Source: an uncultured virus (IMG/VR IMGVR_UViG_3300050503_000206) (lineage: Duplodnaviria > Heunggongvirae > Uroviricota > Caudoviricetes). From it: 64,000 nt of DNA. Below are positions 18,831-25,782 of this stretch, piece by piece. The stretch lies in IMG/VR virus record IMGVR_UViG_3300050503_000206; one strand, 5' to 3'. The notes under the pieces were generated by a model. It was given only the letters and a program-made list of their open reading frames with translations. It was not told the origin of the DNA and searched no databases. The position numbers were made by a program, and so were the translations under genes. Every line of letters starts with the position of its first letter. Position 1 is the stretch's first letter.

Positions 18831-19718
18831 TCACCCCTTCGACTCGTAGAAGACCCTCTGTGCGCGCACCAGATAGCGCGTGGGATCGAGCACCTTCGCG
18901 GGCGGTTCGTCGCCGGCGATCCAGCGCATCTTGCCTTGGCGGATCTCGTCGGTGGTTGTATCGGGACGATACGTCTCGACGTGCAGCATGTGGCTGCCGT
19001 CGTCGCTCTTGCCCACCTTGGCCACGGCGTCACCTGCGTGCACGACGGTGTTGCCTACCCCGCTCGGGATCCCGAACTGCGTCCACGATCCTTCGGCCAC
19101 CTCGCCGAGGTTGACGATGAGCCCGGAGTCGGTGAGCAGGTAGACGGCGCCCGTGCCCTTGTAGAAGGGCAGCGCCGCGATCACCTCTCCGTCCTCGGGC
19201 ACCACCACGACGTCTCCGGGATCAGCGAACAGATCGACGCCGACATGGATCCGCTGGTAGGTCTCTCCGGTTTTCTCGTTCGTGCTCGTCCGCTTCGCAC
19301 CGAAGTGTCTCCCCCATTTTCCGTGCCACTTCTCGCGCACGTCCTCGTACGAGACGCGCAACTTGTCGTCGTCATGCGTGCGCAGCGGCCACACCGGACG
19401 ATCGCCGCCGACAGCGAACGGACGGTCGGTCTTCGCCAGGGGCTCGAGGTCAGCCGGCGGCAGGCAGAACTCTCCACCTTGCATCGACTGCGGCGCCGGA
19501 CGGCACGGAGGCTCGTCGTCGTACTCGAGTCCCGGAGGCTCCTCGTCGGCTTCGCCCTCGTCGAACCCGAGCAGGTTGAAGGTGAGATTGGGCGCCGTGA
19601 TCCAGCGGCGCAGCGCTCTCGTGTCACGCGACGTGCAGGCGAGCCCCACGATGGCCAACGGGAACGCAACGACGCCGATGCGTTCGCCCGGACTGAGGTC
19701 GCGCCAGCGCCAGCGCAT
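18831..19718 (-). CDS. M23-family peptidase (possible peptidoglycan hydrolase)
   Basis: HVGVDL (HxxxD) and HMLHVE (HxH); N-terminal hydrophobic segment. Confidence 0.8.
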   Translation of the reverse strand: MRWRWRDLSPGERIGVVAFPLAIVGLACTSRDTRALRRWITAPNLTFNLLGFDEGEADEEPPGLEYDDEPPCRPAPQSMQGGEFCLPPADLEPLAKTDRPFAVGGDRPVWPLRTHDDDKLRVSYEDVREKWHGKWGRHFGAKRTSTNEKTGETYQRIHVGVDLFADPGDVVVVPEDGEVIAALPFYKGTGAVYLLTDSGLIVNLGEVAEGSWTQFGIPSGVGNTVVHAGDAVAKVGKSDDGSHMLHVETYRPDTTTDEIRQGKMRWIAGDEPPAKVLDPTRYLVRAQRVFYESKG

Positions 19719-19722
19719 GGGT

Positions 19723-19848
19723 CTACTTCTTCTTCCCGCTCGGCAGCTTCGGCGCCCACGCGCGCTCGCGAGCGGCCGCATACGTCCAGCCGAGGTAGCC
19801 CATCACGCCGACCTCGAGCAGCACTCCAGCCCAGAACAGCTTCTTCAT
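19723..19848 (-). CDS. 41-aa single-TM protein (not in the ORF track)
   Basis: MKKLFWAGVLLEVGVMGYLGWTYAAARERAWAPKLPSGKKK; SD GAGG; fills the gap between two genes. Confidence 0.55.
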   Translation of the reverse strand: MKKLFWAGVLLEVGVMGYLGWTYAAARERAWAPKLPSGKKK

Positions 19849-19855
19849 GGCGTCC

Positions 19856-20908
19856 TCATGGGATCGGGGTGGCGATCTCGAGCTCGACGATGACGTTCGA
19901 GACGGCGTTGATGCTGACGGTGAACCCCGCCCGCAGCCGCGTCCCCTCGACGAACGGGAACTGCGTGATCGGTACGACGACGTTCGTGTTCGCAGCGATG
20001 ACCACGTTGGGCGCGGAGATGTCGGTACGGACGAACGGTCCGCCGCCGACGGCGGCCTCCATGAAGAACGTGGCGATGATGGGTGCGGTTGTGCGGATCG
20101 TCAGGCGCGTCACCGCGGCCGTGCGCAGTGTCAGTCGCTCGGCGCCAGGGAAGCCCGCGAGGTCCTCCTCCTGCGTGACGGCGATGACAGCGAGCGCGCT
20201 GTCGGTCGGACCGCCTTCGTCGAACGATCCGCTCCACGTGTAGTAGTTGCCGAAGTCGGTGGCTGTCATCGGCAGCGCCAGCGACGAGAAGTCGTAGTGC
20301 TGCAGAGACACGCTCGACACAGGTTCGTCGTCTTCGCCGGTCGCGCCTGTGCAGCACATGGCACGGTGCAGAGCGGCATCCTCGAGCGCCGTCGATCCTG
20401 CCTGCACCGAGAACTTGACGCGATTGACCTCGCCCGGATCGGGCGCGGGCAGATCGACGATCATGAGCGCTGCGCCCTGGGGAATGTGGAAGATGTCGCC
20501 GAGGTAGAAGAAGCTGTTGCCGGCGAACACGAAGCCGTCGGTGATCTCCTGCAGGACGATGTACTCGCCGTTCGGCGGCACGGTCGCTTCGAAGTAGACG
20601 ATGAAGACCTGGAAGCCGGCCGGGATGCCAGCGGCGCTGCCCGGTTCGACGCGGATCCACTGCAGGTAGCGCTCGCCGAGGCATGCGTTCTTGCCGAGCG
20701 CGTCGAGATCGAAGATCGAGACCTGTCCGGATTGCGAGATCCGAAACACGCCCTCTTCGTCCTGCTGGCCCTTGTCGATGGTACCGCCCGTGGTTGCGAG
20801 ACTGTCGGCAATCGCGGCGTCGATGAAATCGCCGTCGATCGCACCGTCCACGTCCCACTGGACCGTGAACGTGTGTAGGACGCCTTCGAGTTGTACGTCG
20901 TTGATCAT
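19856..20908 (-). CDS. Putative structural protein (beta-rich)
   Basis: Clean ORF with internal motif RAMCCTG. Confidence 0.65.
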   Translation of the reverse strand: MINDVQLEGVLHTFTVQWDVDGAIDGDFIDAAIADSLATTGGTIDKGQQDEEGVFRISQSGQVSIFDLDALGKNACLGERYLQWIRVEPGSAAGIPAGFQVFIVYFEATVPPNGEYIVLQEITDGFVFAGNSFFYLGDIFHIPQGAALMIVDLPAPDPGEVNRVKFSVQAGSTALEDAALHRAMCCTGATGEDDEPVSSVSLQHYDFSSLALPMTATDFGNYYTWSGSFDEGGPTDSALAVIAVTQEEDLAGFPGAERLTLRTAAVTRLTIRTTAPIIATFFMEAAVGGGPFVRTDISAPNVVIAANTNVVVPITQFPFVEGTRLRAGFTVSINAVSNVIVELEIATPIP

Positions 20909-20911
20909 GCG

Positions 20912-21469
20912 TCACACCGCCAGCGGAAGGTCGACCTCGAAGATGGGATCACCGGCGTCGTCGACGGCCGTGTCGGTGCAGCAGCAAGCCTGCAGCATGG
21001 CTGCGAGCTCGAGCTTGGTCTGCGGCATCCACACGCCCATGCGAACGACGACCGGCTGCGCGGGCGTGGCCGCCATGCCGTCGAGCAGCAGCGAAGCGGT
21101 TTGCGGCACGCGAATGCAGCGGCGCGAATACACGCCGAACGAAGCCAGGGCGATCGAGATCTCGGTGGGACCGCCTTGGCCGTCGAAGTCGATGGCGACG
21201 TTGCGGAAGTTGAACGGGTTCAGAGGCCCGTGGATGATGATCCACTTCACGATCCGGTCGGCGAGCTGGCCGGATCCGCCCGCGAGGCCGGTCAGGTCGA
21301 CGAGACCCAGGTTCTCGACCGTGAACGAGAGGATCTGCGACGAGGGGTCGTACGGGCCTGGCGTCGGCGGCACCCCGAACGCCGGCGCGGCGGTCGTGCC
21401 GTCGAGGGTGCCCGTGACGATGTACTCGAGGCCGAGCGGCCGCATCGGGAACGGCGGGGGTCGTAGCAC
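20912..21469 (-). CDS. Putative structural protein, related to the downstream gene
   Basis: LQACCCTD motif; CTGGTAGGGT 6 nt upstream. Confidence 0.65.
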   Translation of the reverse strand: MLRPPPFPMRPLGLEYIVTGTLDGTTAAPAFGVPPTPGPYDPSSQILSFTVENLGLVDLTGLAGGSGQLADRIVKWIIIHGPLNPFNFRNVAIDFDGQGGPTEISIALASFGVYSRRCIRVPQTASLLLDGMAATPAQPVVVRMGVWMPQTKLELAAMLQACCCTDTAVDDAGDPIFEVDLPLAV

Positions 21470-21475
21470 CGCCGG

Positions 21476-21508
21476 ACCCTACCAGCGTCGGCGCGGGCGG
21501 TGTACGCT
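21476..21508. promoter_or_regulatory. Divergent leaderless promoters (CTGGTAGGGT on - at 21476-21485; TACGCT on + at 21503-21508)
   Basis: Each lies exactly 6 nt before a GTG start (21469 and 21515). Confidence 0.7.
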
Positions 21509-21514
21509 CGTACA

Positions 21515-21742
21515 GTGAGCGACGAAACGGCTCCGCAAGCGCCGCCTGCACCGATTTCAGAGGATCCGCCAGAACGTACGGTCGGCGATCTCGTCGCGGG
21601 CGCCGTCGAGTCGGTGGCGAAGCCGATCGCTCGACTGCTCGGCCGCCACGGACCCTGTGCCGACTGCGCGCGCCGGAAACAGAAGATCAAGGCCACGGTG
21701 GATCGCATGGGCCGGATCAGAATCGGAAAGAGGCCCCGATGA
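21515..21742 (+). CDS. Small protein with CxxC
   Basis: GDLVAGAVESVAKP...PCADCARRKQKI. Confidence 0.55.
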   Translation: MSDETAPQAPPAPISEDPPERTVGDLVAGAVESVAKPIARLLGRHGPCADCARRKQKIKATVDRMGRIRIGKRPR

Positions 21743-22203
21743 AACTCGATCCTGTGGCGGCGGATGCTTGTGTCGGCGCGGTGGTCGAGCGCTATCGGGC
21801 AGTGTTCACGCGACACTGCACGTGCGGCGATCCGGAGTGTGCCGAGCCGCAACTCGCCTCGCCCACGGACTACCGCGTGGTGAGCTGTTCGATCTTCGCG
21901 GCCTCGACGACTGCGCTCGGTCTCATCCGCTCCGGAGATCTGTGTGCCGCGATCGAGCTGCTCGAGGCCAGCCGCCGCTTCGCGGAGCCCGCACTGACGA
22001 CAGCGCTCGAGGCCGACTTCGACGTCGACGCGGTCAAGGAACGCTTGGATGCGGTGGCGACACCGGATGAGCGCGAAATCATGGCCATGATCCAAGCCGA
22101 GCTCGTCGAGACGACGCCCGATACGCCCGCGATCACGCTCGACCCCGAAGAAGTCGACGAGCTGTGGGCCGCGACGCCGTCACGCGGCGAGCGGGACGCG
22201 TAG
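21739..22203 (+). CDS. Hypothetical protein
   Basis: ATGA-coupled; CTCGDPEC. Confidence 0.55.
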   Translation: MKLDPVAADACVGAVVERYRAVFTRHCTCGDPECAEPQLASPTDYRVVSCSIFAASTTALGLIRSGDLCAAIELLEASRRFAEPALTTALEADFDVDAVKERLDAVATPDEREIMAMIQAELVETTPDTPAITLDPEEVDELWAATPSRGERDA

Positions 22204-22530
22204 CAGCAGCGGCAGCGATGCCACCATGCGTATGGTATCGGGCGTGCCGGGGAACGCGATCGCGGTCTTGCTGTTGCCGAAGTCCGGTTCATAGAACGCC
22301 TCGACCGGCAGCCGAACGATCGCATCGAGGGCGTCCTGCAGCTCGTTGAGCGCGGACTCGTCCGGCACCGACAGAAGCACGAGGTTGTGGTTGTTCTCGT
22401 GCCACGTCCGCAGCGGCTGATACTGTGCGTGCTCGAGACAGAGCCGGATTGCGGCGTGGGTTCCCTGAGTCGCCTGCGCACCCGGTGGGAGATCGGCACG
22501 CACGACCACGTAGAACTTCTCCATCGTCAT
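22180..22530 (-). CDS. Peptidyl-tRNA hydrolase type 2 (Pth2)-like protein
   Basis: KFYVVVRADLPPGAQATQGTHAA...W...LVLLSVPDE..L..L...FYEPDFGNSKTAIA...LPLL match PTH2-fold hallmarks; SD GGAGG. Confidence 0.8.
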   Translation of the reverse strand: MTMEKFYVVVRADLPPGAQATQGTHAAIRLCLEHAQYQPLRTWHENNHNLVLLSVPDESALNELQDALDAIVRLPVEAFYEPDFGNSKTAIAFPGTPDTIRMVASLPLLLRVPLAA

Positions 22531-22540
22531 CGAGATCCTC

Positions 22541-22566
22541 CGTTGCTCTCTACCGTTGCTCTCTAC
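22541..22566. repeat. 13-bp tandem duplication CGTTGCTCTCTAC x2
   Basis: Seen directly, just upstream of the pth2 SD. Confidence 0.8.
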
Positions 22567-22594
22567 ACGCCGATCGTCGGCAGACCTGACATCT

Positions 22595-22670
22595 TGGAGC
22601 GCCTGGCAGGATTCGAACCTGCGTCCGCCGGGTGATTACTCCGGCTGCTCGGCCGCTGAGCTACAAGCGC
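22595..22670 (-). tRNA. tRNA-like RNA 1 (Gly-type acceptor end, 9-nt anticodon loop AGUAAUCAC, encoded CCA)
   Basis: GCGCTTG-TA-GCTC AGCGGCC GAGC-A-GCCGG AGTAATCAC CCGGC-GGAC-GCAGG TTCGAAT CCTGC-CAGGCGC-T-CCA. Confidence 0.85.
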
Positions 22671-22671
22671 G

Positions 22672-22750
22672 TGGGCGCACGGGGCGGGGATCGAACCCGC
22701 AGCCATCCGGATGATTAGCCCGGCCGCTCTACCATCTGAGCTTCCCATGC
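22672..22750 (-). tRNA. tRNA-like RNA 2 (9-nt anticodon loop GCUAAUCAU)
   Basis: GCATGGG-AA-GCTC AGATGGTA GAGC-G-GCCGG GCTAATCAT CCGGA-TGGCT-GCGGG TTCGATC CCCGC-CCCGTGC-G-CCCA. Confidence 0.8.
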
Positions 22751-22753
22751 AGT

Positions 22754-22834
22754 TGGAGACGGGGGATGGACTTGCACCACCGACCTCCGCAGATCCCTTG
22801 CGGGCCCGCGGCGCTCTCGCTGAGCTACCCCGTC
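22754..22834 (-). tRNA. tRNA-like RNA 3 with no anticodon loop (extended arm capped by a GCAA tetraloop), encoded CCA
   Basis: GACGGGG-TA-GCTC AGCGA GAGC-G-CCGCGGGCCC GCAA GGGATCTGCGG-AGGTC-GGTGG TGCAAGT CCATC-CCCCGTC-T-CCA. Confidence 0.8.
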
Positions 22835-22848
22835 GTGCGAAATGACGA

Positions 22849-22883
22849 AACCCAGCGCCCGGCGCGGTGCCGGAGGCTGGGTT
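22849..22883 (-). promoter_or_regulatory. GC-rich leader hairpin ahead of the tRNA-like array
   Basis: AACCCAGC..CCGG...CCGG..GCTGGGTT stem followed by a short T-rich tract on the - strand. Confidence 0.5.
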
Positions 22884-22942
22884 CTGCATGCTGGCCGGGC
22901 CCTTGGGCTGACGGTCAATCCGATGTGTTCGTCACGAGCAAC

Positions 22943-22971
22943 AGCCTACGGCCGCTCCGGCGCGTCGTCAA
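22943..22971 (-). promoter_or_regulatory. sigma70-type promoter for the tRNA-like/pth2 operon
   Basis: TTGACG (22971-22966), 17-nt spacer, TAGGCT (22948-22943). Confidence 0.75.
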
Positions 22972-23225
22972 GGGGGTCGCTCCGGTCGCTCCCCACCCGA
23001 GACGCAGTCCTCGGCAACAGAGAGCTGCAGCATGGATGTCGCGATGAGGATCGCGTCACGGCGCGCTCCCACACTGATCGCCTCGTACGCCGCGACGAGC
23101 TTGGTGGCCTCGTCGTGCAGAGCGGCATAGGACTCGGGAGAGAGACGCTGCCGCGAGTCCTCGATCATCCAATCGAGCATCGCGCGCGCACACTGGATCT
23201 CCTCGGGCTCTTCTCCGTCGATCAT
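22968..23225 (-). CDS. Hypothetical protein
   Basis: ATGA-coupled ORF. Confidence 0.5.
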   Translation of the reverse strand: MIDGEEPEEIQCARAMLDWMIEDSRQRLSPESYAALHDEATKLVAAYEAISVGARRDAILIATSMLQLSVAEDCVSGGERPERPP

Positions 23226-23560
23226 GGTGCGTCAAAGTCGAACTGCGAAGATCCCGACATGAAGTCCAGGTACTGGTCGAGGTTCATCGACCAGAGCGCG
23301 TACCTGCGTCGGTCGTCGAGGGCTTCCCGCACTGCGTCGGCCTCCGATTCCGCTTCGCGGCGTACGAGTTGTTCGCGTCGCCGACGGTGCGTCGCAACGC
23401 GCTCACGCGGTGAGCAGTGCCAGCACGTGCAGCGGGCCACGGGATCGATCGTACACGAAGTGGCCCCGCACCGGAAACGCCACCGGCCGGGGCCTTGCGC
23501 GCCCGGGAGAAAGGAGCCCGTCGCACACCGCCGCTGTTGTTCTGGATGACGCACGGACAC
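23222..23560 (-). CDS. Hypothetical Cys-containing protein
   Basis: RCTCWHC; start position uncertain. Confidence 0.4.
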   Translation of the reverse strand: MSVRHPEQQRRCATGSFLPGAQGPGRWRFRCGATSCTIDPVARCTCWHCSPRERVATHRRRREQLVRREAESEADAVREALDDRRRYALWSMNLDQYLDFMSGSSQFDFDAP

Positions 23561-23615
23561 CTGCGGCTGGTCCGGCCGGCGCGTTCACTACGCGCGCCGG
23601 CATGGCGATCGTACC

Positions 23616-24554
23616 TCAGAGCGCGGCGAGCCGGCGGCCGAGTTCTCGGGCGCGCGGGTTCGGCTTGGGCTGGGGCGGCGCGCGCTTGTATTCGCTCGTC
23701 GCGTCCTCCCACAGGAGCACGAGCGCGTCGTCGAGAGTGTCGCGCTCGCCGTGGCCGACGGGCTCGTCGGCGAGAAACTGTGTCACACGATACGGAGATG
23801 TGGTGCCACGGGTGAGCGCGAGCGTGTATCTTCCGTCGAATCCCGGCACGACCACGATGCCGTCGCGCTCGAAGATCTTCCGGTGCTCCTCGATGAACTC
23901 GATCTTGCGCCGCTTGAGCGCGCGGATCCACTCGCTGAAGGCCCGGTAGCTCGCGGGCGCATCGGAGAGATCTTCGTCGTCGAAGTCGTCATCGTCGGGA
24001 TTGGCGATCCGCGACCCGATACTTCTCGGCGCGAGGTCGGTGCGCTGGCCGTTCTGCTCCATCCACTCGAGCGCGCGTCGCTCGTGCCAATGCCGGTTCG
24101 CAGCGCGGATCTTGTCGTGCTTCCAGCGGCGCCATGACTCAGCCGCTTCGGCGTCCGTCTCGAAGCTGCCGGCGTACGTCTCGCTCACGTCTCCGACCCT
24201 CACCACGTACTGGCCGATGCGGCCGCGCTCGAGCACGGGCTCGGGCGGCACGAGACGCTCCGTCGCCTGCAGCGCCTTGGAGAACTCGTCGTGGAACTGC
24301 GCTTTCGAGCGCGCGCGGGCGTGCTCGATGAGGTCGTTCGACTGCGAGACGGTCGGCTTCTTGCCACACGACCCGCGCAGCAGGTGGCCGGCGCAGGTGG
24401 TCCCGTAGGGAGCAGGGTCGCTGATCTCGTTGCCGTCCTCGTCGAGTTCGACGAGCCACACGTAGCGCTTGAGATTGGTGCGCCCGCAGCAGTGGCACGC
24501 GTCACCCTCGTCGGACGTTGCGAGGTAGCGCCAGCGCGGTGGGTTCTTGCGCAT
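23616..24554 (-). CDS. NP-motif protein with N-terminal zinc-finger
   Basis: MRKNP...CHCCGRTNLKR...YGTTC; internal IANPDDD; C-terminal NPRARELGRRLAAL. Confidence 0.7.
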   Translation of the reverse strand: MRKNPPRWRYLATSDEGDACHCCGRTNLKRYVWLVELDEDGNEISDPAPYGTTCAGHLLRGSCGKKPTVSQSNDLIEHARARSKAQFHDEFSKALQATERLVPPEPVLERGRIGQYVVRVGDVSETYAGSFETDAEAAESWRRWKHDKIRAANRHWHERRALEWMEQNGQRTDLAPRSIGSRIANPDDDDFDDEDLSDAPASYRAFSEWIRALKRRKIEFIEEHRKIFERDGIVVVPGFDGRYTLALTRGTTSPYRVTQFLADEPVGHGERDTLDDALVLLWEDATSEYKRAPPQPKPNPRARELGRRLAAL

Positions 24555-25642
24555 CACGAGCCCGTGATCCGCCGATGCAGCGCCGATGCACGGCGGCTCG
24601 GGTTGAACATCGCTATCTGACCCTTCGGACCGGGCGCTGGCGGTGGAGCCGGCGGAGGCTCGGGTGGAGGTGCAGGACGACGCTCGACACCGACGATCTC
24701 CTCGAACGCGGCGCGATGCGGCTCGGCGAGCTCGCCCATGCAGAACAGCGCGAAGGCCTCGCAGAAGTGCTCCTCGGGATCGGTCGACGCGTAGATAGTC
24801 GGGTAGGCCTTCTGCGCCATTACCCGCGCGTAGCCAGACCATGGGATGTATGCGCCGCTTTCGAGAACGATGGTGATGTTTCCGTGACGATCGGATCCGA
24901 TCTCTCGGACTACTTGCTCCCCCTTGGCGGTCGGCAAAACGTCACCAGGTTTCGGAAGAGGAATATCTCCTGCACGTCCGACCATCCGATGATGCGCACT
25001 CCACTGTGCGCGCGCCGGTCCGTTCTTGCAGATCCGCTGGTAGTAGCGGTGGCCGAACTCGTGGATGATCGAGTGCAGGATCCCGGCCTCGAAGCGCTTC
25101 ACCACGATGATGTGCACTGCGTCGCTGTCGGGGTAGTACCGCGCCATCGTCGTGCGCTTCTTGGCGATGTCGCCGACGAAGTACACGTCGCCGTAGACCG
25201 CGTCGTCGATCCTCGGGATCCCGCTGTCGCGCATGAGCGTCTCGGCGGTCTCGAGCAGCTTGATGTTCGCCGAGACGTCGCGGCCGGTCTGGTTGTGGAC
25301 GAGAAACGAACCAACGCGCGACTCGTCTCCGGTGCCCTTGTCCGGCCAGTTCACGCTGCGCGCGAGCGCGAGCAGACCTTCGCGGTTCTTGAGCAGCCAC
25401 GCGCCGACGTCCTTCGGGTAGCGACGTCGATCGGCATCGCGGACGACCTTCTCGAAGGCCTTCACTTCGGAGGCTGGCACCTGCTTGTCGTGCACGACAA
25501 CCGGTGCGAGATGAAACGTCGCGAGGAACACTCCGCGCGCTGCCGCCAGGGACCGCTGCGCCTCGAACCTTTCGAGGGCGTCGCGAAAGACCCGGTGCTG
25601 GACGGCGAACGCCTCCGTGTTCTTCTGGCGCAGCACGTTCAC
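24554..25642 (-). CDS. Zincin metallopeptidase (lethal-factor/MPTase-like)
   Basis: IIHEFGH plus YASTDPEEHFCEAF; C-terminal NPSRRASALHRRI. Confidence 0.75.
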   Translation of the reverse strand: MNVLRQKNTEAFAVQHRVFRDALERFEAQRSLAAARGVFLATFHLAPVVVHDKQVPASEVKAFEKVVRDADRRRYPKDVGAWLLKNREGLLALARSVNWPDKGTGDESRVGSFLVHNQTGRDVSANIKLLETAETLMRDSGIPRIDDAVYGDVYFVGDIAKKRTTMARYYPDSDAVHIIVVKRFEAGILHSIIHEFGHRYYQRICKNGPARAQWSAHHRMVGRAGDIPLPKPGDVLPTAKGEQVVREIGSDRHGNITIVLESGAYIPWSGYARVMAQKAYPTIYASTDPEEHFCEAFALFCMGELAEPHRAAFEEIVGVERRPAPPPEPPPAPPPAPGPKGQIAMFNPSRRASALHRRITGS

Positions 25643-25782
25643 ATCTTCGTCATGCGGTAGAACACGACGCCGGCGACCACGAGTCCCGCGAGCGCGGCCG
25701 CTCCGGCCGCTGCACCCACGCCAATGCCGACCCATCCGAGCGGACTGGGGTTCGGTCGTCGCTTCAGGGCTTTGCGTGGCAT
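25639..25782 (-). CDS. 47-aa RRxNP membrane peptide
   Basis: MPRKALKRRPNPSPLGWVGIGVGAAAGAAALAGLVVAGVVFYRMTKM. Confidence 0.6.
   Translation of the reverse strand: MPRKALKRRPNPSPLGWVGIGVGAAAGAAALAGLVVAGVVFYRMTKM

Noticed and set aside
22595..22750. Reading UCA or CUA in the loops as opal/amber suppressor or Sec anticodons
   Set aside because: The triplets are off-centre in the loop and lack a preceding U33. There is no long variable arm, and genes end normally at TGA/TAG, so there is no sign of recoding.
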